DNA of 64,000 nucleotides from a virus, in the IMG/VR virus record IMGVR_UViG_3300013947_000002, positions 32,001 to 96,000 of that record; one strand, written 5' to 3'. Each line of letters opens with the position of its first letter. The stretch's first letter is position 1. Position numbers and translations under genes: made by a program. This document shows positions 36,301 through 45,169 of this stretch, piece by piece. Under the pieces are notes generated by a model. That model worked only from the letters and a program-made list of their open reading frames with translations, made no database searches and was not told the DNA's origin.

Positions 36301-36470
36301 GTGAAATGCGGGCGAATCGGCAATTTTGGGCTAAGAACAAATTAGAGCGTGGAGACGCAATTAGAGCTGTGACGCAAGAGAAAAATAAGATGAAAAAGGA
36401 TGAAAATGGTGAATGGGTGAGAACTAGTGAGGTTTACACCGAATTGAAATGCTGGTCTAGGATTGATTAA
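33315..36470 (+). CDS. dnaE: DNA polymerase III alpha subunit (PHP + PolIIIA core)
   Basis: ILHLHSMLSNGVTNIDS (PHP), GYGRGSCTGSLIAYLLGIT, SDIDSDIPPNR. 1051 aa. Confidence 0.9.
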   Translation: MMSKNYTILHLHSMLSNGVTNIDSVTRYDQYINRAAELGMKAIAFSEHGSVFQWVRKKLYAEEMGLKFIAAEEFYLTQTLSEKIRDNYHCLLIAKNYDGVLELNKLSTKSFNRDDNSFYYVPRITIDDVKNTSDNIIVSTACLGGVLNKAPDDVRWDFYHWLCEHKDRCFLEIQPHLDPAQKSYNNTLWALSKQSGLRLLMCTDTHALNSTHVDGRRILQKAKNIHFDGEDRFHLEMMNYDELVQLCRMQDVLPMDVYLDAIEMTNTVADMVEPFELDYSYKYPHLWGDDSEAVLRAKIADGIKWRGVDKLSNYQEYLDRIEYEMKAYIHNGAIDFMLLMEDIVTWCRTQDIQIGYGRGSCTGSLIAYLLGITEMDSIKHKLNFDRFMNVERVSLSDIDSDIPPNRIDEVKNYVFNKHGLYCADIVTFNTIALKGAIRDVGRALEMSLDEVGDICNKVEQDEAGCRAKYPELFKYVDIVNGCVVSVGNHPSGMIVAPHSIDDCMGLFTTTTDTVPISQINMKEVDLQNYVKLDLLKLITIQIINETCKMCGIERLTPDNIDVADNAVWRSIRDDTTAIFQWESGSARQYIAKLLSDTTIAKLRKVQPDIDYITLLSMGNGAIRPAGASYRDELANGDVRTYDNEAINHFMSDTFGFLIFQCQIIGFLHKYCGYTMGEADVVRRHFAKKTGTDKDIPQIKAGFAKTMAEQYGMSQEQSDKTIADFIQVIEDASNYLFSLNHSQPYSYEGYAEGWLRYYYPFQFLTVCLNVNQGDNSETSALTAYAHKMGIKIKSPRFRHSRSDYFCDTAENVIYKGLGSIKYMSADVAEALYGMRDMQFKNFIDVLFAIQQLESKPDSRQLDILVKIGYFDEFGPPKALLIGIEIFNKFSKCKTIKLDKWREIGYNVDMLAPYAGKMTDKTASQLDNRGIVLAILRSMEMPKTTIIDRLKWQSELLGYVDTCDPKSPITDWLVLDVKTTGYGTVYCRLYNISIGIEREMRANRQFWAKNKLERGDAIRAVTQEKNKMKKDENGEWVRTSEVYTELKCWSRID
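36001..36029 (+). promoter_or_regulatory. perfect consensus promoter inside the dnaE coding sequence
   Basis: TTGACA 36001-06, 17 nt spacer, TATAAT 36024-29. Confidence 0.45.
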
Positions 36471-36498
36471 ATTTAAGGAGGATTAAGTAAGTAAAAGT

Positions 36499-37158
36499 AT
36501 GGGTATCAGTGTGATGATTTTGGGCGATAGTGGCAGTGGCAAATCTGCCTCTATGCGCAACTTTAGTGGTAACGATGTGGCGATTCTAAATGTTGCATCC
36601 AAGCCGCTCCCATTCCGCAACAAGAATGGGCTAAAGATGGCCAATAAAGCCACATATGAAATGATTAAGGGTGCTGTATCAAGCAATCGCGCACCGAGCT
36701 ACGTTATTGATGACGCACAGTACCTTATGGCGTTTGAGAGCTTTGCTAAAGCCAATGAAACAGGATACGGCAAGTTCACCGTAATGGCTAAGAATTATGA
36801 AGAAATGCTGCGTTATGTGCAGGAGGAAACTAGCCCAGATACAATCGTGTATGTTATGCAACATATCGAAACGGATGAAAATGGCAAGGTTAAGGCTAAG
36901 ACGCTAGGCAAGATGCTAGATCAGCAGCTTACAGTAGAGGGGCTATTTACCATTGTCTTGCTTTGCGAGGCAGACGAAACCGGGCATCACTTTATCACTC
37001 AGTCCGATGGTACAAATCCGGCCAAGTCGCCTATGGGTATGTTTGATTCCGTAAAGATTGATAATGACCTAAAGATGGTTGATGATGCCATTAGAGACTA
37101 TTATGGGTTGAAAAAGCCAAAAAATACAAGTAAGTCTACTACGGCAAAAGCCGAGTAA
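36499..37158 (+). CDS. AAA_24/Sak4-like recombination-associated ATPase
   Basis: VMILGDSGSGKSAS (Walker A), VYVMQHIE (Walker B-like). Size and its DUF669 neighbour are typical. Confidence 0.7.
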   Translation: MGISVMILGDSGSGKSASMRNFSGNDVAILNVASKPLPFRNKNGLKMANKATYEMIKGAVSSNRAPSYVIDDAQYLMAFESFAKANETGYGKFTVMAKNYEEMLRYVQEETSPDTIVYVMQHIETDENGKVKAKTLGKMLDQQLTVEGLFTIVLLCEADETGHHFITQSDGTNPAKSPMGMFDSVKIDNDLKMVDDAIRDYYGLKKPKNTSKSTTAKAE

Positions 37159-37177
37159 AATATAATTGAAATAATAC

Positions 37178-37206
37178 TTGACAAATAGCAAGTATTGTGG
37201 TATAAT
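37178..37206 (+). promoter_or_regulatory. sigma70-type promoter of the second free-standing endonuclease cassette
   Basis: TTGACA 37178-83, 17 nt spacer, TGgTATAAT (37201-06). Confidence 0.7.
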
Positions 37207-37290
37207 AAAATAGAGGTCAAAGCTTGGTTGCAAACTAGCTTAGTTTAAGAGGGTTGCCTATATCAACCCTCTACTCTAAATTAAATCTTA
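37207..37290 (+). promoter_or_regulatory. conserved structured 5' leader (copy A)
   Basis: TAGAGGT. Hairpin aagct/agctt (37220-24/37237-41). TTTAAG. Hairpin agagggttg/caaccctct (37248-56/37264-72). CTACTCTAAATTAAAT. Confidence 0.55.
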
Positions 37291-37309
37291 TATAGGGAGA
37301 TTGATAAGT

Positions 37310-38005
37310 ATGGGTAAAATCGGGTAACATTCATCTAATTTCATTGATATGACTGGATGGAAAATGTGGGAGCATGGAATCTCTGACAGCAGGTTAATTA
37401 TAATTAAACAAGCACCAATCAAGAAAAGAAAAAAGGCTTATTGGATATGTAAATGTTCTTGTGGGAATCCGTCATATTTTATTGTAGAGGGAACGTGTAT
37501 AAGGTCTGGAAATACATTATCATGTGGGTGTGTGAAAAAAGATAGACATCCGCAGTCACATGGCTAATCAAAAAGTAAACTATATGCAGTTTGGGTTGCA
37601 ATGAAAAAGCGGTGCGAAAACGCAAACAGCCATGATTACGTTAGATATGGGGGACGTGGGATATGCGTATGTGATGAATGGAAAACATATGAACCATTCT
37701 ATAATTGGGCAATGAATAATGGATATTTAGAAGGCCTAGAGTTAGACAGGGTGGATAATGATGGCAATTATTGCCCGGAAAATTGTCGATGGACAACACA
37801 TCGAGAACAATGTAGAAATAGAAGTACAAATATTTGGATAGAGTATAATGGCAAGAAACTATCTCCAAGAGAATGGAGTAAAATAACGGGCATTCCAGAC
37901 GCAACTATTAGAGCAAGGCTACAATGCGGGTGGACGTCTGAAGAAGCTATTTTAGTACCATACAAAATGAAAAGGAAGGCGTATTATAATGAGAAAAATC
38001 AGTAA
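37310..38005 (+). pseudogene. free-standing homing endonuclease (DRxD...NCRW family) with two in-frame TAA stops
   Basis: One reading frame: MGKIG*HSSNF...CKCSCGN...RHPQSHG*SKSKLYAVWVAMKKRCENANSHDYVRYGGRGICVCDEW...LELDRVDNDGNYCPENCRW. TAA at 37325-27 and 37565-67. It aligns to the intact paralog 5578..6255, where the stops fall at D and E positions. Confidence 0.7.
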
Positions 38006-38609
38006 TTGGGATTCTATTGTTGAAAGCACATCGTTTAAGCGTCTAGCACCGGGAGGCTATATTGTCAAGATTCTCAATGTTGAGGACAACCCCAATAAGG
38101 AGTATCTAAAAATTTCGTTTGACATTGTAGAAGGAGATGAAAAGGGCTACTTCAAGAAGCAGTATGATAATGATAAGCGTGAGACGCGCAAGTGGCCCAA
38201 CGCTGGCTCGTTCATCAGATCGTATAAGGATAGTGCTGCTTCGATGTTTAAGGGATTCGTTGGAGCCGTTGAACGCTCAAACAAGGGATATGTGTGGAAT
38301 TTTGAAGAAAAGACACTAGTTGGTAAGCTGGTGGGGCTTATCATCGCAGATGAGCAGTATCAAAATCAGAAGGGCCAGATTCGTGAGCGTAACTATGTAG
38401 CTGCTGTTCGGTCTGTTGATATTATCAAGAAGGGTGAATTTGACGTGCCTCCTCTAAAGGAGTTAGATGGCTCTAAAGTCCAGCAGACAACCGCCAAGCC
38501 TGCACCCATTGCAGACCCGTTTGCGAATGATGCTTCCACCGCAACTGAGCCAGCTCCTGATTATGATAATCCGTGGGGTGGCGATGATGAATCTAATCCA
38601 TTTCTATAA
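37989..38609 (+). CDS. DUF669-like single-stranded DNA-binding protein
   Basis: Partner position next to the AAA_24 gene. Acidic C-terminal tail ending GGDDESNPFL, like SSB tips. Confidence 0.6.
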   Translation: MRKISNWDSIVESTSFKRLAPGGYIVKILNVEDNPNKEYLKISFDIVEGDEKGYFKKQYDNDKRETRKWPNAGSFIRSYKDSAASMFKGFVGAVERSNKGYVWNFEEKTLVGKLVGLIIADEQYQNQKGQIRERNYVAAVRSVDIIKKGEFDVPPLKELDGSKVQQTTAKPAPIADPFANDASTATEPAPDYDNPWGGDDESNPFL

Positions 38610-38616
38610 AAATATC

Positions 38617-38656
38617 AAAGCCGGGGCTTGACAACTCCGGCTTTTTATTGTATAAT
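38617..38656 (+). promoter_or_regulatory. nested terminator/promoter cassette
   Basis: Hairpin aaagccgg(gg)...(ct)ccggcttt + TTTTATT. TTGACA (38628-33) lies in the hairpin loop and TATAAT (38651-56) 17 nt downstream. Confidence 0.65.
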
Positions 38657-38676
38657 AGCCGCGAGGTGATAAATAT

Positions 38677-39108
38677 ATGAATACAGATGTGATGTTCTCT
38701 AGCGCGACAGATAATTGGTCAACACCACAAGATTTCTTTGATAAGTTGAATGACGAGTTCCATTTCACTCTTGATGTATGTGCAGATGACAAAAATCACA
38801 AATGCGAACACTACTATACCAAAGAAACAAACGGGTTAATTAGACCTTGGATTGGTACAGTATGGTGTAATCCTCCATATGGGCACACCATTGGCGAATG
38901 GGTGAGACGAGCATACTTGTCATCGCGCGTTGGCTCAACCACAGTGGTAATGTTACTACCAGCTAGAACAGATACTAGATGGTTCCATGATTACATCTAC
39001 AATAAACCAAATGTGGAAATCCGCTTCATCAAAGGGCGGCTCAAATTTGGCGATAGTAAAAATTCAGCGCCATTCCCATCTATGGCGGTAATCTTTAGAC
39101 CAAGGTAA
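38677..39108 (+). CDS. phage-type N6-adenine DNA methyltransferase (NPPY)
   Basis: SSATDNWSTPQDFF...VWCNPPYG...MLLPARTDTRWFH is the typical small phage Dam_N6 family pattern. Confidence 0.8.
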   Translation: MNTDVMFSSATDNWSTPQDFFDKLNDEFHFTLDVCADDKNHKCEHYYTKETNGLIRPWIGTVWCNPPYGHTIGEWVRRAYLSSRVGSTTVVMLLPARTDTRWFHDYIYNKPNVEIRFIKGRLKFGDSKNSAPFPSMAVIFRPR

Positions 39109-39126
39109 AAATCGAGGTGATGATGC

Positions 39127-39759
39127 TTGAATAGATTTCTATGTGTAGGTCAGCTATCAGAGCTACGAATTGACCTATATCAAACCCATATGAAAGCCAG
39201 ATTCAGCATCATCACCAACAACCAGTGCCTCACCATGAGCCAAACGATAAGCCGCAAATGGAATGAGGTGCAGATAAAGCAATGGCTTGATATGATGCCC
39301 TATATCCATCCGCGCATAGATAGCTATGTATATGTCAAAAATAAACATTATTATACAATGAAAAAATCTGATATGCCTACTAGGCTATTGGTATCTGGCA
39401 ATATCAATGAATGGAAAAAATCATTGTATTTTAATGTACAATATTGTCGCATAGCTGATGATAGTGCAGCTGATGGCATGAGCATAGAGATGGATGGGCA
39501 ATGGGTCGATTCTGGCCGATTCTTGAATATATGCGGAGATTCGCCTAGGGTGTTTAGCATCCAGCGCCCAGACGGCTGTGATGACCGCATATGCCGATTA
39601 CGGCTCAATTATGATGCAGGATATAGCATAGAGCAAAATCGGGTCATAACGCATGAGAGCGGCCTTAGTATAGTTGATTGTAAGAGGACAGATGTGGCTA
39701 TGAGCCAAGAAGAAATTGATAAATGGATGCTAGAATATGAGATAATTTCAGGAGGTTGA
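39127..39759 (+). CDS. hypothetical protein
   Basis: TTG start 7 nt after gaggtg. Confidence 0.45.
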   Translation: MNRFLCVGQLSELRIDLYQTHMKARFSIITNNQCLTMSQTISRKWNEVQIKQWLDMMPYIHPRIDSYVYVKNKHYYTMKKSDMPTRLLVSGNINEWKKSLYFNVQYCRIADDSAADGMSIEMDGQWVDSGRFLNICGDSPRVFSIQRPDGCDDRICRLRLNYDAGYSIEQNRVITHESGLSIVDCKRTDVAMSQEEIDKWMLEYEIISGG

Positions 39760-39760
39760 A

Positions 39761-40423
39761 ATGAATAATAAACGATTGCTTGTTTGTTGTGAAGAATCTC
39801 AGCGCGTGTGTACGGCCTTTCGTGAACGTGGTTGGGAGGCGTATAGCTGTGACATTGAGCCATATTCTGGTGGTCATCCAGAATGGCATATCCAGCAGGA
39901 TGTATTACCGCTAATCAATGGCGATTGTGAATTTGATACAGTTGATGGTGTGCATCATGTCATCGATGGCGAATGGGATTTGTTGATTTGTCATCCTCCT
40001 TGCACTTACCTTAGTAATGCCGGTGCGCGTCATCTATGGAAAGAGCACATTTTAAATCAAGAGCGGTATGCAAAAGGACTTGAAGCCAAAGAATTTTTCA
40101 TGAAATTCATCAATGCTAAATGCGAACATATTGTTGTTGAAAATCCAACACCGTCTAAAGTATATAATTTGCCACCTTATCAGCAGACAATTCAACCATA
40201 TGAATATGGACATCCATTCAAGAAAACAACTAGATTATGGGAGAAGGGCGTTCCACAACTTATCCCTACTAATATTGTAGAGCAAAGAGAGTCAACTAAA
40301 ATTGCTGGAAACTGGTATAACAAAGGTGGTAAAGAACGCCAAAAGAACCGTAGCAAGACGTTTGAAGGAATAGCTAAAGCCATGGCTGAACAGTGGGGAG
40401 AATATATCGAAAATTTATCTTGA
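39761..40423 (+). CDS. probable C5-cytosine methyltransferase-like protein
   Basis: ICHPPCTYLS (PC motif) and VVENP (ENV-like). No clear FxGxG loop, so confidence is lower. Confidence 0.5.
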   Translation: MNNKRLLVCCEESQRVCTAFRERGWEAYSCDIEPYSGGHPEWHIQQDVLPLINGDCEFDTVDGVHHVIDGEWDLLICHPPCTYLSNAGARHLWKEHILNQERYAKGLEAKEFFMKFINAKCEHIVVENPTPSKVYNLPPYQQTIQPYEYGHPFKKTTRLWEKGVPQLIPTNIVEQRESTKIAGNWYNKGGKERQKNRSKTFEGIAKAMAEQWGEYIENLS

Positions 40424-40448
40424 CAAATCAAACAATATATGCTATACT
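40420..40448 (+). promoter_or_regulatory. sigma70-type promoter
   Basis: TTGACA 40420-25, 17 nt spacer, TATACT 40443-48. Confidence 0.6.
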
Positions 40449-40478
40449 TGGATTATCAAAGAGATGGAGGTAAGGATT

Positions 40479-40625
40479 ATGGTTTGGAGAGTATGGTTCT
40501 ATAAAGACTGGATTGAGGATGCGATGTATGTGGCAGCAGATTCATTTGATGAAGCAATTGCATTGGCTCGTCAGTTTGACAATAGATATAGCGTGGCTCA
40601 GCCTGTAGGCAAAGCTAATGCCTAA
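40479..40625 (+). CDS. small hypothetical protein (48 aa)
   Basis: Own translation MVWRVWFYKDWIEDAMYVAADSFDEAIALARQFDNRYSVAQPVGKANA, with SD ggagg. Confidence 0.4.
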   Translation: MVWRVWFYKDWIEDAMYVAADSFDEAIALARQFDNRYSVAQPVGKANA

Positions 40626-41100
40626 GCCACCTACCATTAAATGCCGTCAATGCGGCAAACAGCAGCTCAAATCTGATGCAATCCAATTACCTAATAAATT
40701 CTGGTTCTGTTGTCAAGATTGCGCCGATAAGTGGTTGGCTGGACGTAAAAAGCAAGACAAGCCAAAAGAGGATTATAGCCCGCTGCGCAAATTGACCGAT
40801 TATGTACAGACATATGCACCTGATACCAAATGGGTCAAATTCGTACAGACGGTCAAGAAGATGCAGAGCGATTATGGGTTGACACCTCAATCTATACAAT
40901 ACTCTTTGTGGTATATGCGCGAACATCTGCGGCTTGGCTTTGATGGGTCTGGTTTACCACTAGTGCCATATTATGCTGAAGCAGCTAAAAAATACTACAA
41001 CTGGCGCAAAAAGATGCAACAGGTTGTTGCTGATTGGCAACTTGAGGACAAGAATGTTGAGATTGTTAGGCAAGAGAAAGAGGAGGATGTGTTTGAATGA
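40618..41100 (+). CDS. hypothetical zinc-ribbon protein
   Basis: CRQCGK...CCQDC. Confidence 0.5.
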   Translation: MPKPPTIKCRQCGKQQLKSDAIQLPNKFWFCCQDCADKWLAGRKKQDKPKEDYSPLRKLTDYVQTYAPDTKWVKFVQTVKKMQSDYGLTPQSIQYSLWYMREHLRLGFDGSGLPLVPYYAEAAKKYYNWRKKMQQVVADWQLEDKNVEIVRQEKEEDVFE

Positions 41101-41357
41101 AGCATAAAATGATTGGTTGTTCAGAAGAGTGTTTGAGGCTTGCTTGTTGCGATTTTTGCATCTACGTCATTTATAACACAATCTACGATGAAGTAGGTAG
41201 TATTGTGGGTATCGAGCCGATTGGTTGTAGTTTACATGATGATGAGCGCCATCAAGATATCGCTGAAAGCTGTGGATATTGTTCCGATTTCCATTGCTTT
41301 AGAGCGGATGAAGATAATATGGTCGTAGAGGAGATTGATGATGATGAACTGGCGTAG
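41097..41357 (+). CDS. hypothetical Cys-rich protein
   Basis: ATGA-coupled track ORF. Confidence 0.45.
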   Translation: MKHKMIGCSEECLRLACCDFCIYVIYNTIYDEVGSIVGIEPIGCSLHDDERHQDIAESCGYCSDFHCFRADEDNMVVEEIDDDELA

Positions 41358-41568
41358 TATGAGAATTAAGCCATCTGCGTATGAGTGGGTGCTTGTATCG
41401 TTCGCTGGTGAAAACAGAGAAAGGTTGCCAGATACTTGTATTGTTGGGGCGCTCTGGGAAACTGATGAAAGCGATTTAGCATGGTATGACGGCAATAGAT
41501 TTTATACAATTCACGACACAGACTATTGGGCTTATATTGAGTTGCCGATTGAATTTCCGGAGGACTGA
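41335..41568 (+). CDS. hypothetical protein (DUF551-like)
   Basis: W..P...VLVSF....A.WYDGNRFY pattern. Start uncertain within the ATG run. Confidence 0.4.
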   Translation: MMMMNWRSMRIKPSAYEWVLVSFAGENRERLPDTCIVGALWETDESDLAWYDGNRFYTIHDTDYWAYIELPIEFPED

Positions 41569-41571
41569 TTA

Positions 41572-43047
41572 TTGATATATGATGCAAATTCAGCACGTCT
41601 TTTATTAGGTTGTTTGCTAATCAAGCCCTCGCTTGCCATCTCCGATAAATACCCCCTGTCTAAAGCCGATTTTGAGCCAACGCCGTTCCATCTCCGTCTT
41701 TGGCAAGCGTGTGTAGCTCTTGCTCGTCGTGGAGCTGAGTCCATATCGAGCCTAGACATCTATATGCTATGTAAGAACAATAAGCAAGTAGAGGGTATAT
41801 TCAAGGCAAATCAACTTGACGATTTTATTGATACGGTCAAGCAACTTGCCAATGTCGGCAACTTTGACGTATATTACGCAAATGTGCGCCGGTGCACGTT
41901 GATTAGAGCGTATAAGGCGGCTGGGTACAATGTAGACAAATTTGAGCAAGATGACCAAGCATCCATTGAAGATATTGTACAGTGGTTTGACGCACAACAG
42001 ATAGCTATTAAAAAGACGTTCTATAAAGATAAGGATATTGACGAACTAAAGGCTGGTGATGGCTTTGAGGCGGTCAAAGAGGGCTTCAAATCAGAGCCGC
42101 TATTTGGCGCTACTACATTCAGCGAATATCTGAACACAGCGGCTAGAGGCTGGATTCCGGGACAGTTGTCAATCTATTCAGTCGGCTCAGGTATAGGTAA
42201 GTCAACTATCGGCTTGGCTAATCTTGTGCAAGTATGCTGTCCTAGAATCTATGATATAGACAAAGAGCAATATGTAGACAACCCATGCTATCAACATAAG
42301 GCCGGTCTGTATCTCCAATTTGAGATGGCTGGTGATACTGAAGTCACGCCTAAAATCGTGGCTACAATTAGCGGCGTACCATGCTTTAGCATTTTGAATG
42401 GCCGCTATGAAGAGGGCGAAGAAGAACGGGTAGACGAAGCGATTAAGATTCTGCATGAATCTAATCTGTATATCGTCACTATGCCTAATTATACGGTTGA
42501 CCTGATTGAATCATATGTCAAGGATTATGTGGTAAACCGAGGGGTCGGCTATTTGTGCTACGATTATATAGTCGAGTCAGCCTCAGTATCGAGCGATATT
42601 GCCAAAAAGAACGGTGTGGCTACACGGTCAGATCAGGTCTTATCAGGTATTGCAAGCAAGCTCAAGGATTTAGCCGTTGAATATAATATTGCCGTCCTTA
42701 CATTTACTCAAGTTAATGCCAATGCTATGACGCAAGAAATTATGGATAGTGGTGTTGCGGCTGGTTCTAGGGCGATTCAGAACAAGGCTGATATTGCTGG
42801 TGTTATTATGCCACTGCGCCATAAAGAACAGGACATAGCCGACATGGTGGCTGAAAAATATCCCGATAGAGTCAAGCCGAATCGTGTATTATCTGTCTAC
42901 AAAATGCGGTTCTCATCGGTTGAACAAGGCATCAAGATTTATTTTTATCTCGATTTGAATACAGGTAGAACTAAGGATTGTTTTATAACAACAAAATTTG
43001 ACCAGCTATATTCGCTCAGTAAGACAAGGTTGGTGTATGCTAAATAA
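41572..43047 (+). CDS. dnaB: DnaB-like replicative helicase
   Basis: N-terminus ARLLLGCLLIKPSL. Walker A YSVGSGIGKSTIG. RecA-like C-terminal domain. TTG start. Confidence 0.8.
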   Translation: MIYDANSARLLLGCLLIKPSLAISDKYPLSKADFEPTPFHLRLWQACVALARRGAESISSLDIYMLCKNNKQVEGIFKANQLDDFIDTVKQLANVGNFDVYYANVRRCTLIRAYKAAGYNVDKFEQDDQASIEDIVQWFDAQQIAIKKTFYKDKDIDELKAGDGFEAVKEGFKSEPLFGATTFSEYLNTAARGWIPGQLSIYSVGSGIGKSTIGLANLVQVCCPRIYDIDKEQYVDNPCYQHKAGLYLQFEMAGDTEVTPKIVATISGVPCFSILNGRYEEGEEERVDEAIKILHESNLYIVTMPNYTVDLIESYVKDYVVNRGVGYLCYDYIVESASVSSDIAKKNGVATRSDQVLSGIASKLKDLAVEYNIAVLTFTQVNANAMTQEIMDSGVAAGSRAIQNKADIAGVIMPLRHKEQDIADMVAEKYPDRVKPNRVLSVYKMRFSSVEQGIKIYFYLDLNTGRTKDCFITTKFDQLYSLSKTRLVYAK

Positions 43048-43319
43048 TGAAAGATATAATTGATGAACTGGTAGATTATATTGAAAATTGTACTTATGTT
43101 GATGTGTTGCAGACATTGAACAACGAGGAGAATATTCTACGGAAATATGGCAGTGCTTGGTCTGACAAGGTAGATAAAATTGTTCGTGACTCCATTACAA
43201 ATAACCATGATGCTTTATATACAAGCGTACTTAATGAGTGTTGTATTATATTTGGCCTTAGCAAGAAAGAACGTGATGAAATTGTGTCGAAGCTAAAGAA
43301 TGAAGGATACGCTAAATGA
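43047..43319 (+). CDS. hypothetical protein
   Basis: TAATG-coupled track ORF. Confidence 0.45.
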   Translation: MKDIIDELVDYIENCTYVDVLQTLNNEENILRKYGSAWSDKVDKIVRDSITNNHDALYTSVLNECCIIFGLSKKERDEIVSKLKNEGYAK

Positions 43320-43513
43320 TTGATAGAGTAAAAGAACTATACCTATGTGCTCAAGATATTGCTGCAAATGCTGATAAGTTATTAGCAGATGTTCCATATT
43401 ATCAAGATTGTGATGTTGTTATTGGTTTGCATAATGATGAATCGCCGTTCGTCAAGGTGGTACAGAGATATGTGCCAGAGGAAATTGTGCTGTGGTATAA
43501 GGAGAATAGCTAA
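43316..43513 (+). CDS. hypothetical protein
   Basis: ATGA-coupled track ORF. Confidence 0.45.
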   Translation: MIDRVKELYLCAQDIAANADKLLADVPYYQDCDVVIGLHNDESPFVKVVQRYVPEEIVLWYKENS

Positions 43514-43686
43514 TGTTGTGGATTCTTTATTGTGTAGGATTATTCTTGTCATTCTTTGGCATTTTTGTTGGTGGTAATAATTATAAACGAACACATAAAT
43601 ATAGCGACTTATTTGTATGTTGCACTGGTTGCGGCTTGTTGGCGTTTACTTTGATGCTTGGAGCTGTGTTGATTTTTGTTGTATGA
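43513..43686 (+). CDS. small membrane protein (57 aa)
   Basis: Own translation MLWILYCVGLFLSFFGIFVGG...LLAFTLMLGAVLIFVV. Confidence 0.4.
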   Translation: MLWILYCVGLFLSFFGIFVGGNNYKRTHKYSDLFVCCTGCGLLAFTLMLGAVLIFVV

Positions 43687-43729
43687 TTGATATTCCCAAT
43701 CTCAAATCTTAACCAATCGAGGAATTACT

Positions 43730-44056
43730 ATGATTCATATAAAAGTAAATGAGGAGCGCGAACAGGTGAATGTCCCGTATGCGCCTCCTCACTCATATGT
43801 TAAAAGCACAGAAACAATCTTGTCGTTCGATACTAAAGATGATTATGACAATTTTGTGGTAGAATCCCATGATAATGCAGATGGCTCTAAATATCTAAAG
43901 CTCGGTATCAATCTATATAAAGAGCCGGTTCGCTTGTGCCCTGCAATCACACACTATCTCAATGTTCAAACGTCTGATAATAAATCAGATGAGGAGCTAA
44001 TTCTTATTGGTACACAATATATTGAATTTGAAAAGATATATTTGAATCATGATTGA
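43730..44056 (+). CDS. hypothetical protein
   Basis: Track ORF with SD gagga. Confidence 0.5.
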   Translation: MIHIKVNEEREQVNVPYAPPHSYVKSTETILSFDTKDDYDNFVVESHDNADGSKYLKLGINLYKEPVRLCPAITHYLNVQTSDNKSDEELILIGTQYIEFEKIYLNHD

Positions 44057-45098
44057 TATTGCCTCTCTCAAATCCCAATTAACCGAAGACCGCATTATTG
44101 AGTTGCTTGATGCTCTAGGTGCTCCGTTGATGAAAGCGGATAGTAACAACCTTGTATTCCCGTCTATCTGCCACCAGAGCGACCCATTAGCCCATTCCGC
44201 TAAGCTCTGGCTATACCTCGACTCCATGCAATACAAGTGCTGGAGTTGTGGCTTTTCAGGTGATACCATATCTCTAGTTCAGCACGTCAAACATCTTGAC
44301 TTCAATCAAGCGATTACCTATATTTGCTCAACTCTAAATCTGCAAGTCGGTCAAATAGAGCAAAATGAGCAACTTGATAATTGGTCTGAATTGCGCCGAT
44401 TCTTACCAGATGCTGAGCCAGAGCCAGATAAGTTGGTTACATATGACCCAGCCGTCTTATCCCTATTTGACCACTTATACCCGCAAGATTGGCTAGATTA
44501 TGGGATAACGAAAGATATACTTGATAAATTCGGCGTAGGTTGGTATGCACGGCAAGCGTGTATTTCCATACCTGTAGTGTTTAATGGGCAACTGGTAGGT
44601 GTAAGGGGGAGATATACAAAAGAACAGGATGTAGCTAAAGGCAAGTATAGACCGATATGTACGCTTGATGGACAGGTGTTTAAATTCCCAAGCGGTGCTT
44701 GCTTTTATGGCTATGACCAGAATAGAGCAGCTATTGAAAAGTCGCGCCAAGTAGTGTTATTTGAATCAGAAAAAAGTGTGCTAAAGTCGCCCCAATATGG
44801 CATAGATAATGCTCTAGCCGTTTTTGGCTCTAATATTAGTAAGCGACATATTCAGCTATTGCTTGAGTTGGGTGTAAATGAGGTGGCGCTTGGCTTCGAC
44901 TCGGATTACCATATAGTGGGCGATGATGAATTTAGATTCTTTGCGACTAAGATGAAGAAGCTGGCGGCTAAGTTGCGTAGTTATTTTAACGTCTCGATTA
45001 TATATAACAATCAAGGCTATGATATGTATAAATGCAATATGATGGATATATCATATGAGCAAGCAATGAAGTTATGGGAAAGTAGGGTGAAAATTTAA
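44049..45098 (+). CDS. DnaG-like DNA primase (zinc finger + Toprim)
   Basis: CHQSD...CWSCGFSGD (CHC2). LFESEKSVLK and GFDSD (Toprim E and DxD). Confidence 0.8.
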   Translation: MIDIASLKSQLTEDRIIELLDALGAPLMKADSNNLVFPSICHQSDPLAHSAKLWLYLDSMQYKCWSCGFSGDTISLVQHVKHLDFNQAITYICSTLNLQVGQIEQNEQLDNWSELRRFLPDAEPEPDKLVTYDPAVLSLFDHLYPQDWLDYGITKDILDKFGVGWYARQACISIPVVFNGQLVGVRGRYTKEQDVAKGKYRPICTLDGQVFKFPSGACFYGYDQNRAAIEKSRQVVLFESEKSVLKSPQYGIDNALAVFGSNISKRHIQLLLELGVNEVALGFDSDYHIVGDDEFRFFATKMKKLAAKLRSYFNVSIIYNNQGYDMYKCNMMDISYEQAMKLWESRVKI

Positions 45099-45106
45099 TA
45101 TAGCTC

Positions 45107-45163
45107 TTGACAATCAACCTCCTTTGTGGTATAATCGCTATATCAACAATAAGGAGGTTGATT
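45107..45163 (+). promoter_or_regulatory. nested terminator/promoter/SD-hairpin cassette
   Basis: TTGACA 45107-12, 17 nt spacer, TATAAT 45130-35. Perfect 13 bp inverted repeat aatcaacctcctt (45112-24) / aaggaggttgatt (45151-63). The right arm contains the SD and is followed by TTTTATTT. Confidence 0.65.
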
Positions 45164-45169
45164 TTATTT

